64,000 nt of DNA from Chiloscyllium plagiosum (GCF_004010195.1 NC_057744.1:9376658-9440657); one strand, 5' to 3'. Positions 14,695-28,166 are shown, counted from the stretch's first letter. The notes: generated by a model from the letters alone, not told the origin. Numbers and translations are program-made.

Positions 14695-14919
14695 TTATCT
14701 TTTTTTTCCATCCCCGGAGCTATAAGTTCACAGCATCCCGTTTCAAAGTTTGCAGTTTTTTTTTAAATGATTTCTCCCCATGCCCGAAATGTTTTATCGT
14801 GCGTCAATCAATTTCCCGCTATGCAACTCAATTGAAAATCAGAAAATGCTGCAATCGCTCAGCAGGTCAACCAGAAAGGTTAATTTTGTAAGTCAGACCC
14901 TTTGAAGGTCAGGTGGAAG

Positions 14920-15195
14920 GAGATGCTGGAAATATGAAATTTGGAATATAAGTGCTAAGAGAAATTCAGCCAGTTCGGCAGTGTCTGTGGAAAGACAGCG
15001 ATAATGTTCCGAGTCAGGTCCTGTATGACTCTTCTCCGGAACGGATATTCTGCCAGACCTGCTAGGTTTCTTGAGCTGTACTTCTTGACATGCTGAGTTT
15101 AGAAGAAGTCATACTGGACTCGAAATGTTACCTCTGTTTAGCCACAGCTACTGCCAAATCCGTTGCGTTTCTCCAGATTGTGCTTCCAACATCAG
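14920..15195. mobile_element. Penelope-like fold-back remnant (two inverted pseudo-LTR arms)
   Basis: The arm gatgctggaa...atgttccgagtc...gtatgactcttct is inverted relative to agaagaagtcatactggactcgaaatgtta...ttccaacatc. Degenerate hammerhead-like core at 15099-15130. Confidence 0.55.
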
Positions 15196-16411
15196 TCTCC
15201 TGCTGTTAACGGAACTTTGCTGAGCTTCCTCTATTTTTAGTTGCGATTACTGTCAGATTGCGCTCTTCATGTCCCACTCCATTTGTTTTTTCTCCTTGGA
15301 CATACCTTCAAACTTAGCCCTTTAACCAAGGTTTTGACCATCTGCCCTAACTAATATCATCTAATAGGACTTGATTTTAAGCTTTGCTTTATAATAATCC
15401 CTTGAAGTGTTATGAGATATTTTCATTACTTCGAAGGCACAACAATTATAAGTTGCTGTTTTGTGGTTGCTAATGTTTCCACCCTTCCTCAAACCCCGAC
15501 TCCTTGCTCCATCCTTCTTGCTGAGACCTGAATGTTTTTAAAATCCCAGCACTGCATTATGGTTTAGAACAAGGAATTCAAAGTCCTACCATAGGAGGAA
15601 ACTGCATGCAATCAATCTGATAAATTTAAAGCTCAGCACAAAATGAACCATGCTGTAAAACTGTTCTTAAAAACTCAGCTGGTTCACCAATGTTCTTTAA
15701 GGAATAGAATTTGGCATCCCTACACATTACTCCATATTTTGTAGTTTTCTCCTTAGGTCTTTAGGTTAAGTGGAGTAGAATAATGAATACAATCTTGTCA
15801 GGAAAGGAAAATACTATTTACTAATTCATAAAACATATTTATGCTGGTTTATTTGCTAGGAATTAACTGCATGTTAAATTGCATTATTATCTTCATTTAG
15901 AAAGTTTCTCAATGTTTTTTTTTCAGTTTCTTTTGCATTCCTTACAAATATGCGTCACTTGATTATTATGTAATTGCAACATGTCACTTCCCCCTAAAGT
16001 CATCATGGTAAAAATGGTACACATCTTTAAAACCAATTCCAAGATCCAGGTGATTCTCCATAAAAGATTAGTATCAGATATTTTTGTTTTCATTTGGACA
16101 CAATGTTACACTTCTTTCCATTTTACTTGTTTATTTAAATTCATTGGCAAATTTTATTTTCAAGAAAGCAGAAGCAATGTATTTTAAGCATTAATATCAA
16201 TATGTTGTAAACAGAAGCAATATACTAGATTGTGAAAGTGCAAAATAACTTGTGCTTCTCATATGTATTGAGGTGGAATATACAGGAAACTTGTTCCACA
16301 GTAAGCACAAACCAGTATTACTTTCAGAAATGGCTCAGTCCATTACTTATGCCATAACACAATTTTCTGAGATTTTTGTACAGCTCTGACTTTGTCATTG
16401 TCAAATTAACC

Positions 16412-18565
16412 TCATCGAGTGATATAGCCTTTGGTCCACCTAGTCCATGTTAACCATTTTCCCAAACTAAAGTAATTCCACCCGCCTGCATTTGGCCCAT
16501 ATTGATCCAACCCTTTCCTATTCATGCACTTATCTAAATGTCTTTTAAATGTTGTAACTATACCTGTATCCACCACTTCCTCTGGCAGTACGTTCCACAC
16601 ACTGACCACTCTTTTTAAATTTGGATTTGTCCTTTTTAAATCTTTCTCCTCTCACCGTAAAAATATGCCTCCTAGTTTTGAATTACCCCACCTTAAGGAA
16701 AAGACCTTTGCTATTCATCTTATCTATCTTATAATTTTATAAACCTCCATAAGGTCATCCCTCAGCTTCCTCCACTTCAGGCTAAAAAGTCACAGCTTAT
16801 TCAGCCTCTCCTTAGAACTCAAACCTTCCAGTTTCAGTAACATCCTTGCAAATCCTTGTACTCCAGAAGAGCCCTCACCAATGTCCTGTACAATCTCAAC
16901 ATGACGTCCCATCTCCTACACTCAAAGATCTGAGCAGTGAAGGCAAGCATGCTAAATGTCTTGTGAACCACCCTATCACCTGTGATGCAAATTTCAAAGA
17001 ATTATGTACCTGAATCCTTAGGGCTCCTTGTTCTGCAACAAACCCCTGGGCCCTAATCATTTTATAAGTCCTGCCCTTGTTTGTTTTGCCAAAAATGTGA
17101 TACCTTGCATTTATCCAAATTAAACAGCCCATTGACCCGATCTCTTTTTAATCTTAGATAACCCTCTTCACTGTCCACTAGACCACCAATTTTGGTGTCA
17201 TCTGCAAACATACTAACCATGCTTCCTATATTGTCATCAAAATCAATGACAAACAAAAGTGGACCCAGTACCGATCCTTGTGGAACACCGCTGGTCACAG
17301 GCCTCCAGTGTGAAACACAGCCATCCACCTCCACCCTCTGTCTCCTATGGTAAAATCAATTTTGTATCCAATTGGCAAGCACACCCTGAATCCCATGTCA
17401 TCTAATTTTACTAATTAGACTAATATGCAGACCCTTATCAAAGGCACTTCTAAAGTTCAAATAAACAACATCTACTGCTCTACCCTTGTCAATCATTTTG
17501 GTTACTTCCTCAAAAAACTCAATCAGGTTTGTGAGATATGATTTCCCTCACACAAAACCATACTGACTATCCCTAATCATTCCTTCCTCTGTGCATGTAA
17601 ATCGTATCATTCAAAATCATCTGCAAGAATTTACTCACTACCGATGTCAGACTCACAGATTTGTAGTTCCCAAGCTTTTCTTTACAGCCTTTCTTAAATA
17701 AAGGCACAACATAAGCCACCTTCTGGCTTATAGATGATGCAAAGTTAGCTGCTAGAGGCTTCGTAATTTCCTCCCTATCTTCCCACAATCCTAGGATATA
17801 TGTGATCAGGTCCCGGAGATTTATGTTTTCTGAGATCTCCAGCAATTCCTCTTCTGAAATGTGGACTGTTTGAAAAACATTAATATTTATTTCCTTGAGT
17901 TCTCTAGACTCCATTTCTTTCACCACTGTATAAAACTGATGCAAAATATTCATTTAATATCTCTCCCATCTCCTGAGGTTCAACATAAAGACGACCTCAT
18001 TGATCTTTTAAGAGACCTACTCTCTCTAGTTGCTCCTTTGCTCTTAATGTACTTGTAGAATCTCTTTGGATTATCCTTCACCTTATTTGCCAAGGCTATC
18101 CTCATATACCTTCTTTGCCTTCCTGACTTCCCTCTTAAGAATGCCCTGACTCTCTTTATACACTTCAAGAGATTCAGTTGATTCCAATTGTCTACATCGA
18201 ATATATGATCTTTCTTTAATTCTTGACTAGAACCTCAATATCCTTATTCATTCAAAATTCCCTAATCTTACCAGCCTTACCTTTCACTCTAACAGGAACA
18301 TAATGCCTCTGAACTCCCATTATCACACGTTTCAAAACATCCTGCTTGTCACTCATTCCTTTACCTCTGAATAGTTTACTCCAAGCAACTTTTGAAAGTT
18401 CTTGTCTCGTACTACTATACGTTGCCTTGTTCCAATTAAGAACTTTAACTTTTATGAATGCTTATCCTTTTACATAACTATTTTAAAACTAATAGAATTA
18501 TGACCACTAGTCCCAAAGGGTTCGTCTGCTAATACGTCAGTCACTTGCCCTGCCTTATTTCCCAA
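16412..18565 (-). mobile_element. CR1-clade LINE, degraded ORF2
   Basis: KDNPKRFYKYIK, VVPLFKKG.KE.LGNY..VSLTSVV, SGVPQGSVLGPLLF, FADDTK and WN.LPEEVV motifs in minus ORFs. Confidence 0.92.
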
Positions 18566-19159
18566 GGAACTCCTCATTATAATTCTGGTTCCATTAAAAT
18601 CAATGGTTTTGCTACAGTAAAATTGCTGTGACTAATGCAGAGCAGAGTAGCGGGGAAATGGTGAGCATGTAGAAATCAAAATAGAAATATATATAAAAAC
18701 ATGATTTATAGGCATTTTACTGTAGTCACAATTCTATTTCGAATTCATCTTCTGACATCAATTGTCAGTGAAATACAGCAAACTTCGTAAAATCTCCAGG
18801 ATCAGCCATTGCCTAGTGGTACAATGTGAGAGATGCAAAAGAACCTTTTGTCCTTGGGGAAATATTTAATCAAGTTTTCATTCTTATTTGCTACCAGATA
18901 TAAATAAATAAACAAATAAATTAGGTTGGAATTCTTGCAGAAATCAACAATCAAAAGTAGTTTGTAGCTATCCATTGATATTGTTCCCAATCTAATATTC
19001 TTAAATCAAATCGCAATATAAATTTGTCACTGCAGGATCAGGGAGCACAATAGTCAAACTTCTGACATTCGTTATAAATATTGCCATTGCAGCAAATGTG
19101 GGTTTTATATCTAATGGGTTCTTATTATGGGACGTATTTTCTCCTCTGCATGAAATTCA

Positions 19160-20236
19160 AGAGGTTTTTTGAAGAAGTAACAAAGAAGATTGATGAGAGC
19201 AGAACAGTAGATGTGAGCTAGCTACATGGACTTCAGTAAGGCGTTCGACAAGGTTCCCCATGGGAGACTGAATAGCAAGGTTAGATCTCACAGAATACAG
19301 GGAGAACTAGCCATTTGGATACAGAATTAGCTCAAAGGTAGAAGACAGAGGGTGGTGGTGAAGGATTGTTTTTCAGACTGGACACCTGTGACCAGTGGAG
19401 TGCCACAAGGATCGGTGCTGGGCCCTCTACTTTTTGTCATTTACATAAATGATTTGGATGCGAGCATAAGAGGTAGAGTTAGTAAGCTTGCAGATGACAC
19501 CAAATTTGGAGGTGTAGTGGACAGCGAAGAGGGTTACCTTGGGTTACAACAGGATCTGAACCAATGGGCCAATGGGCTGAGAAGTGGCAGATGGAGTTTC
19601 ATTCAGATAAATGCGAGGTGCTGCATTTTGGGAAAGCAAATCTTAGCAGGACTTATACACTTAATGGTAAGGTCCTAGGGAGTGTTACTGAACAAAGAGA
19701 CCTTGGAGTGCAGGTTCATAGCTTCTTGAAAGTGGAGTCGCAGGTAGATAGGATAGTGAAGAAGGCGTTTGGTATGCTTTCCTTTATTTGTCAGAGTATT
19801 GAGTACAGGAGTTGGGAGGTCATGTTGCGGCTGTACANNNNNNNNNNNNNNNNNNNNNNNNNNNNNNNNNNNNNNNNNNNNNNNNNNNNNNNNNNNNNNN
19901 NNNNNNNNNNNNNNNNNNNNNNNNNNNNNNNNNNNNNNNNNNNNNNNNNNNNNNNNNNNNNNTGAGAGGGGAAAGATATAAAAGAGACCTAAGGGGCAAC
20001 TTTTTCACGCAGAGGGTGATACGTGTATGGAATGAACTGCCAGAGGATGTGGTGGAGGCTGGTACAATTGCAACATTTAAGAGGCATTTGGATGTGTATA
20101 TGAATATGAAGGGTTTGGAGGGATATGGGCCGTGTGCTGGCAGGTGGGACTAGATTGGGTTGGGCTATCTGGTCAGCATGGACGGGTTGGACCGAAGGGT
20201 CTGGTTCAATGCTGTACATTTCTATGACTCTATGAC
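19160..20236 (+). mobile_element. CR1-clade LINE 3' half (contains N-gap 19838-19962)
   Basis: YMDFSKAFDKVPH, SGVPQGSVLGPLLF, LADDTK and WNELPEDVV motifs; ends in a (ctatgact)n tail. Confidence 0.93.
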
Positions 20237-21029
20237 TAAGAATTACTTGACTACCACGAGGAGGTTTCTGTTGAGATTTTAGCACTCATGATCTCAGCTG
20301 ATGTTACCACTAGATAAATCAGATCTCAAAATGAAATCTGACCTGATAGATCATATCTTTGTTTTTCGTTAATTTCATGTAATGGTTTAAACTGAAACAT
20401 AAGCACAGAATCTGCAGATTTGATTTCCACAATAAAACAGAAGTTTATTACGTCAATGAAATAAAACTAAAATAAAACAAACCAAACTAACAACATATAA
20501 CATGGTTTAAAATATTTCAAACACCAGCAAAAAAAAGTTCCAAATACACGCCCCCAGGAACTTGCATTTAATTAAAATGCAGAGAAATTTTATTTCCTTA
20601 TCAAGGCTATAGGTTGACCTCACTGCTTCTTCTCAGTTCTGATCTTTTGAGCTACAAAACCTTCTCCTTTGATTCACACAACTGAGATCTTAGATTTTCT
20701 CAGCTTTGTATAACCAATGAAACACTTCTGGTCTGGAAGTTTTCACAAACTGAAACTCTTGCACTACGGTAACTTATTCCCTCAAGTGCTCTGAATCTCC
20801 TTTTCCGAGCAGAAACTATTCTTGCATCGAGTCTCTTCCAAACTGTAGTCAAAAATCTTTTAACTTTTAAGATTTCCTCATCCTAGATTTGGCTGCATGT
20901 TTTGTTTTCCTTTGCTATGATAAAGCACAGAATATAAATAACCTTGCATTAACAATACAGAGTGCTTTCAGTTGTCTGTTCTCTGATGTATACTGGTTTA
21001 AAATCATGGCCCTGAAAAGACTGGACTAA

Positions 21030-21190
21030 TTATGAGAAGATGTGTAGCTCAGGTTGAGGTTCTGGATGTAAGTTTGCTCGCTGAGCTGGAAGGTATGTTT
21101 TCAGATGTTTCATCACCATACTAGGTAACATCATTAGTGAGCCTCCAGTGAAGCATTGGTGGTATGACCTGATTTTTATTTATGTGTTTA
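21030..21190 (-). mobile_element. Penelope-like pseudo-LTR fragment with mutated hammerhead core
   Basis: Minus strand cactaatgatgttacctagtatggtgatgaaacatctg (21140-21102) resembles CUGAUGA-stemII-GAAA with core substitutions. Confidence 0.55.
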
Positions 21191-21890
21191 AGGTGTAGTG
21201 GACAGCAAAGAAAGTTACCTTAGTGTACAACGGGATCTTGATCAGATGAGCCAGTGGGCCAAGGGGTGGCAGATAAGAGTTTAATTTAAATAAATATGAG
21301 GTGCTGAGTTTTAGAAAAACAAATAAGGGCAGGGCTTAAACACTTAATGGTAAGGTGCAAGGGAGTGTTGCTGAACAAAGAGACCTTGGAGTGCAGGTTC
21401 ATAGTTCCTTGAAAGTGGAGTCACAGTTAGATTAGATAGTGAAGAAGGCATTTGCTATGCTTACCTTTATTGGCCAGTGCATTGAGAATTGGAGTTGGGA
21501 CGTCATGCTGGGGGGTGACCTCATAGAGGTTTTTAAAATTATGAGAGGCATGGATAGGGTGAATAGCCAAGGTCTTTTCCCTAGGGTTGGGGAGAAAAAA
21601 ACTAGAGGGCATGGGTTTAAGGTGAGAGGGGAAAGATATAAAAGAGATCTAAGTGGCAACTATTTCATGCAGAAAGTGGTGTGTGTATGTAATGAGCTGC
21701 CGGAGGAAGTGGTGAAGGCTGGTGCAATTGCAACATTTAAAAGGCATTTGGATTGGTGTATGAATAGGAAAGGTTTAGAGGAAATGGGCCAAATGCTGGC
21801 AAATGGGATTAGATGTATTTAGTATATTGGGATGACATGGACAAGTTGGACCGAAGGGTTTGTTTCCATGCTGAATATCTCTATGATTCT
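21191..21890 (+). mobile_element. CR1-clade LINE 3' fragment with internal deletion
   Basis: KKAFAMLTFIGQ, DLIEVFKIMRG and RGHGFKVRGERY motifs; ctatgattct tail. Confidence 0.9.
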
Positions 21891-22009
21891 AAAATCACAC
21901 ACCTTTCATCACATGCACCCCTAAAGAAGAGTGATCATGTATCCTTAAAAATTAGTTTCTATTATCCATCAAAAATATTTCTAAAACTATTTCTATGTCA
22001 TATTGGTCC

Positions 22010-22750
22010 TAATGGCAACGTCTGGGGCGTATTGCCAAACAAAGAGATGGTGGGGTGCAGGTTGGTAGTTCCTTGAATGCGGAGTCGCAGGTAGATAAGT
22101 TAATGAGAAAGGTGTTTCATTCATTTTCCTTTATTGGTCAGTGCATTGAGTAAAGGAGTTGGGAGGTCATGTTCCAGCTATACAAGGCATCAGGTAGGCC
22201 ACTTTTGGAATACTGCGTTCAGTTCTCGTCCTCCTACCATATGAAAAATGTTGTGAAACTTGAAAGGATTCAGAAAATATCTACAAGGATGTTGCCATGG
22301 CTGGAAGGTTTGAGCTACAGGGGCAGGCTAAATAGGCTGAGGCTATTTTCCCCGGAGCATCAGAGACAGAGAAGTGACCTTTTAAAAGTTTATAAAACCA
22401 TGAGAGGCATGGATAGGGTGAATAGCCAAGATCTTTCCCCAGCGTAGGCAAGTCCAAAGCTAGAGGACATAGTTTTAAGGTGAGAGGGGAAAGATTTAAA
22501 AAGGACCTATGGGGCAATGTTTTCACACAGAGGGTGGTGCATGTATAGAATGAGCTGCCAGATGATGTGGTGGAGGCTGGTACAATTACAAGGTTTGAAA
22601 GGCATCTGGATGGGTACATGAATAGGAAGGGATGTGGGATGTGGGCGAAATGCTGGCAAATGGGACTAAGTTCATTTGGAATATCTGCTTGGCATGAATG
22701 AGTTGGACTGAAGGGTCTATTTCCATGCTGTATATCTCTATGACTCTAAT
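22010..22750 (+). mobile_element. CR1-clade LINE 3' fragment
   Basis: LYKASGRPLLEYCVQF and LEGLSYRGRLNRL motifs; ctatgactct tail. Confidence 0.9.
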
Positions 22751-22824
22751 ACTACATTTACTTTAAAAACATGCAATGAATTACATGGCAAAACCATTTG
22801 CATTACAGCATTTTGTTTCCTTCA

Positions 22825-23430
22825 TATGTGCTCTTGATAAAACATCCATTCTAACCTTGCCTTTTCCAGGCACATGAATAGTTTTTAGCTTGTATAGCTG
22901 GAGGATTAATTGTCACTGGAAGAACTATAAGTTCATGTGCTGAAATTTATCCTAAAAAAATCAGAGTTGTGGTCCATGTAAATAAGTTTCTTCTACATTT
23001 CTGGTGATGCATATTTCAAAATGATATATAGCCAACACAAAACCCAACGTATCCTTCTCCACCACAGAATATTTCTGTTGACATGCAGTCTTTTATGCTG
23101 GAAAATGTTCAATCCTCATCTCATTATTTTGTAGTAAAATGGCATCTGCACTGATGTCACTGGCAGCAATAGCAAGTTTAAGTGCCTTTTCATAATTCAA
23201 TGCTGCAAAAATAGGTTCAGCTTTGACATTCTTGCGTCCATTCAAATTTTTTGCATTTCTTTAACAGATTTGTCAAAGGAGCCACAAAAATACTGAAGTT
23301 AGGACTAAGCTTCTAATAAAATCCACTCATGCCAACATTTGCAAACTTTCGCATTTTGTCCTAGGCACAGGAAAATCCATAAACAGATTAATTATTTTCT
23401 CACATTATACCCCTAAAGAAGTGAAAGCTG
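22825..23430 (-). pseudogene. Ty3/Gypsy RT-connection/RNase H remnant ending the pol ORF (Gmr1-like arrangement)
   Basis: My minus-strand translation across frameshifts: DFPVPRTK..GMSGFY..PNFSIFVAPLTNLLKK..FEWTQECQ..LAIAASD..QQKYSVVEKDTLGFVLAIYHFE..MDHN..IHVPGK..DVLSRA. Confidence 0.75.
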
Positions 23431-23979
23431 TGAAATTTTTCCCTGAACCTTTCCATACGCCTTTGCAGACTGTCTATCTTCTTTGGGCAACTTACTTTCC
23501 TGACTATTCTGGTGTCATCAGCAAATTTAGCTTCCATGCATTCAGTTCTTTAATTCAAGTCATTGATATTGGTTGAAAATAGTATTGGGTCCATTTCAGC
23601 ACTCCACTAGTTACACAAAAATAATTTTAGCTTTACACAGACTGCAAAGACTAAGCCTGTTGTTCTATTTAAAACAAATTTTAAGTCTTGAGAAAGTTTG
23701 ACAAGCATGGTTTACACAGGTAATTTAGAGATTGAACAATTAACCTGTTGAAATAGCAAATTATCTCTTCTGTTGTTCCTTCACATCAAATGATTACTCA
23801 CATACTTGATTAGTGAGAAGTGTAGGTTCAATTTATTTGAAAATCTTAAGCAGATTTACTTAATAGGCAAAATAATAGCTTGCAGTTACAGAGTACTTCA
23901 CGCATACATTCTTAGTCCAGCATGCTGCTCTATGGACTCCTCATGGCTACTGGTCTAGTGTTCGTATGTTAGTCCTTGG

Positions 23980-24480
23980 CTCATGGACTGCAGCAGATCA
24001 AAAAGGCAGCTCACCACCAATACTCAGTAGCAGAAGTATATACTATCCACATGATGCACTGCAGAAATTCACCAAAGATCCTCAGACAGCACCTTCTGAA
24101 CATACGAACACTTCCATCTAGAAGAACAAGGGCAGCCGATACATTAGAACAGCATCACATTCAAGTTCCATCCAAGCCACTCACCATCCTAACTTGAAAA
24201 TGTACTCCTGTTCCTTCACTGTCACTGGGTCAATATTCCTGGAATTTCCTCTCCAATGGCATATGGGTCAACCCACAGCAGGTGGACTGCAATTGTTCAA
24301 GAAGACAATTCACCACACTCTTCTCCAGGACAATTAGGAATGGGTAATAAATGCTGGCCATCCAGCAATGGTCACATCCCACAAAATGAATAAATTTTTA
24401 AAAAACCTTCTCGTGGGGAACCAGGGATGGGCAACAAATTCAGGTTCAGCCGATGACATTCATATCTCATAAAGAAAAAC
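23980..24480 (+). mobile_element. Old CR1/L2-group LINE 3' end
   Basis: Same family as 10560-11430 (YTIHMMHCRNSPKILRQHL...; ...caattaggaatgggtaataaatgctggcc...cacatccca tail). Confidence 0.65.
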
Positions 24481-24616
24481 TAACTCTTAAAGCACTAGTA
24501 CATTATTGCCTTTTCTCTAAGATAAAGTTATATGAATAAATAATGAAAAATTATATATCCTAGGTCGCCACAAAGCAGTTTACACCAAAACAAGAATTGT
24601 AAAATTTATGAGTTTA

Positions 24617-26782
24617 GGAGTCACTTTACTAGGGGTTTACTACAGGACCCCCAATAGCTGCAGGGAGATTGAAGAAAGCATAGGTCGGCAGATTTTGGAA
24701 TAGTGTGAATGTAGTAGGTTTGTTGTAATGGGTGACTTTAACTTTCCCAATATTGATTGGAACCTCCTTCGAGCAGATGGTTTGGAAGGAGCTGTTTTTG
24801 TAAGATGTGTTCAGAACGTTGACAGGCTGATGAAGGGAGAGGCCATTTTGGATTTGGTGCTCGGAAATGAGCGCGGGCAGGTGTCAGATCTTGCGGTGGG
24901 AGAGCATTTTGGTGATAGTGACCACAACTGCCTCACATTCTACATAGCTATGGAGAAGGAGAGAAGCAGGCACAATGGGAGGATATTTAATTGGGGAAAA
25001 GGAAGCTATGATACTATCTGACGTGTGTTGGGAAGCATGGACTGGGAGCAATTGTTCCATGGAAAGGCACTATACACATGTGGAGACTGTTTAAGGAATA
25101 GTTGTTGCGAGTGATGCACAAATGTGTTCCTCTGAGACAGGCAAGAAGGGGTAAGATAAAGNNNNNNNNNNNNNNNNNNNNNNNNNNNNNNNNNNNNNNN
25201 NNNNNNNNNNNTGGCAGGAAGGATTAGGGAGAATCCAAAGGCATTTTACATGTATGTGAGGAATAAGAGAATGATCAAAGAAAGAGTAGGGCCGATCAGG
25301 GATAGCATAGGGAACTTGTTTATAGAATCTGAGGAGGTAGGGGAAGCCCTAGAGGAGGTTTTTGTTTCTGCCTTTACTAAAGAAAAGGACCTTGTAGTGA
25401 ATGAAACCATTGAGGAGCAGGTAAGCATGCTGGAACGGATAGAGATTGAGGAAGCTGATGTGCTGAAAAAGAATTGGCTGGCCAACAGAAGACAGCGAGT
25501 GGTAGTAGAAGGAAAATATTCTGCCTGGAAGTCAGTGATGAGTGGTTAGATTAGATTAGATTACTTACAGTGTGGAAACAGGCCCTTCGGCCCAACAAGT
25601 CCACACTGACCCACCAAAGCGCACCCATCCAGATCCATTCCCCTACATTTACCCCTGCACCTAACACTACGGCCAATTTAGCGTGGCCAATTCACCTAAC
25701 CCGCACATTTTTCAACTGTGGGAGGAAACCGGAGCACCCGGAGGAAACCCACGCAGACATGGGGAGAATGTGCAAACTCCCTGTGGTGTTCCACAGGGCT
25801 CTGTCCTTGGGCCTCTATTGTTTGTAATTTTTATTAATGACTTGGATGAGGGGATTGAAGGATGGGTCAGCAAGTTTGCAGATGACACAAAGGTTGGAGG
25901 TGTTGTTGACAGTATAGAGGGCTGTTGTAGGCTGCAGCGGGACATTGACAGGATGCAGAGATGGGCTGAGAGGTGGCAGATGGAGTTCAACCTGGATAAA
26001 TGCAAAGTGATGCATTTTGGAAGGTCGAACTTGAAAGTTGAGTACAGGATTAAAGACCGGATTCTTGGCAGTGTGGAGGAACAGAGGGATCTTGGTGTGC
26101 AGGTACATAGATCCCTTAAAATGGCCACCCAAGTGGACAGGGTTGTTAAGAAAGCATATGGTGTTTTGGCCTTCATTAACAGGGGGATTGAGTTTAAGAG
26201 CCATGAGATCTTGATGGAGCTCTATAATAGTTTGGTTAGACCGCACTTGGAATACTGTGTCCAGTTCTGGTCGCCCTATTATAGGAAAGATGTGGATGCT
26301 TTGGAGAGGGTTCAGAGGAGGTTTACCAGGATGCTGCCTGGAATGGAGGGCTTATCTTAGGAAGAGAGGTTGACTGAGCTCGGACTTTTTTAATTGGAAA
26401 AAAGAAGAAAGAGAGGGGACCTAATTGAGGTGTACAAGATAATGAGAGGCAGAGATAGAGTTGATAGCCAGAAACTTTTTCCCAGGGCAGAAATTGTTAA
26501 CACAAGGGGTCATAGTTTTAAGCTGTTTGGCGGAAAGTATAGAGAGGATGTCAGAGGCGGGATCTTTATGCAGAGAGTTGTGAGAGCATGGAATGCGTTG
26601 CCAGCAGCAGTTATGGAAGCAAGGTCATTGGGGATATTTAAGAGACTGCTGGACATGCATATAGTCACAGAAGTTTGAGAGTTCGTACGTTAGGTTTACC
26701 TCACATCAGGATCATGGGTCGGCACAACATCATAGGCTGAAGGGCCTGTTCTGTGCTGTACTGTTCTATGTTCTAAGTTCTA
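24617..26782 (+). mobile_element. CR1-clade LINE ORF2 (EN to 3' tail), with N-gap 25162-25211 and a SINE insertion
   Basis: MGDFNFPNIDW and GDSDHN (endonuclease); GVPQGSVLGPLLF and FADDTK (RT); LVRPHLEYCVQFWSP; (gttcta)n-like tail. Confidence 0.94.
25547..25782 (-). mobile_element. 5'-truncated HE1-type SINE inserted in the CR1
   Basis: V-core and (AATCT)n tail, flanked by a GTGGT target duplication (25542-25546, 25783-25787). Removing it restores CR1 ...agtggtgttccacag (SGVPQ). Confidence 0.92.
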
Positions 26783-26989
26783 AACATTTGCATAATGCAT
26801 AGACAGTTTGAGAACCCTGTGATGGTGCAATATTCCAGAGATCAAGACATCATGTTTGGATGTTTTAGACTTATGTGTTGATAGCTCTTGTACATCATTT
26901 GAATATTTATTGTTGCCATGATAGTTTTCCATATCTTCAGTATCCAATCAGACCCTTTTGTGTGTTATATGCTCAACTGGAATACTGAA

Positions 26990-28162
26990 GCGTTACCTGA
27001 ATTGGCTTCTGTTTCTCTTAATTGCTTAACTCTGCAGGTAACCAGGTTTCCTTGGATACAGTGCATGGTTCTGATCTACCGTCCAATGCATAAATTAAGC
27101 ATTTCCACACATGTTGATCATGTACTATCATCATTCTCCCTTGTCTTTTGGAAAGTTTCTCCAACATTTCTGAGAACTTGGTCAGATTTAACCTAACGTA
27201 CCTTCCAGCCGTAATTTCTGCTGGTGATAATAATTTCATACTGAGAGATATAGTGCTTATTGTGTGGCATGACAATATGAAAATCTCGTTTTGTCAAACT
27301 GCTCTTCATTATCAATGTTTTAATGATGCAAACCATTCACTCAGCAAGATCATTGAATCTGGGAGAATGTGAGCTGGGTCTCATGTACTTAATGCCAATT
27401 TGGTGCACATGTTCTAAAAGGTCTGTCTGCATAATGTGGCCCACTATCAAATTGATATCTTCAGATGCACTGAATAGACTGAATATTGAATACAATTGTG
27501 TCTGCCCCAGATTCACATGGAATTGGAGATCTGGAAAAGTAGTAGATGACTAGGAGAGAGTCATCACATGTACAAGAAATAAATCTGTTGCATTCTTGAA
27601 CCATGGACCATTTGGGACAGAATTAGGTGAGGGTGGAGAGTTTCTTTGTGTTGTTGTATTTGGTGACTCTGACACACCTTGTGTCTTCCTGTGACACTGT
27701 TGATCCCTAGTCAATACAAAATCCCACACCAGGTGTCCTGTCCTCTTTGTGTCCATATATCCCTGTGACAATATGTCCTGACAAATAATACAGGTATAAG
27801 CAATTCATTTGCTTTTAAAAGTTATGCCTTTTGAAATACCAAGTTCTCCTCTGTATAACCACAAGCAACTGAAAGTGTCTGTCATTCCTCGTGTTATATC
27901 AGGCTATCTTTCTTCAATAATTTTCCTTTGGGCCTTCAGTCATGGTTCATTAGCTGTTTCTTCATGAGGTTGATTGCATCAGTACTGACCAATATTCATC
28001 AAATCAACCTTAAATGGATTTTTACTTCAATGCACATGTTGTCAACTGGTAAATCTAGTGAATTTTCTGTGTTCTTATTCAGATTTTGTCACCTGTTCCA
28101 TGTGTCCAATGGAACCACTTTTGATACCAGCTTTCCAGCAGATGTCACAGTTGTATCCATGC
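26990..28162 (-). pseudogene. Older Gypsy element, pol 3' part (RNase H end to integrase)
   Basis: My minus translation: VHGYNCDI..., LWLYREELGISKGITFK, QGYMDTKRT, PWFKNATDLF, DSGPHYA, SSHSPRFNDLAE, LSPAEITAGR, TWLPAE, KRNRSQFR. These are degraded Gypsy integrase-region motifs. Confidence 0.75.
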
Positions 28163-28166
28163 ACTT

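Larger units (their letters stand above)
20378..21913 (-). mobile_element. Candidate 3' LTR of a Gmr1-like element, interrupted by Penelope-like and CR1 insertions (about 21030-21890)
   Basis: Minus strand reads a PPT-like tcttctttaggggtgca, then TGTGATG at 21913, AATAAA at about 20444-20449 and CATTACA ending at 20378. It lies downstream of the RNase H remnant at 22825-23430. Confidence 0.4.
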
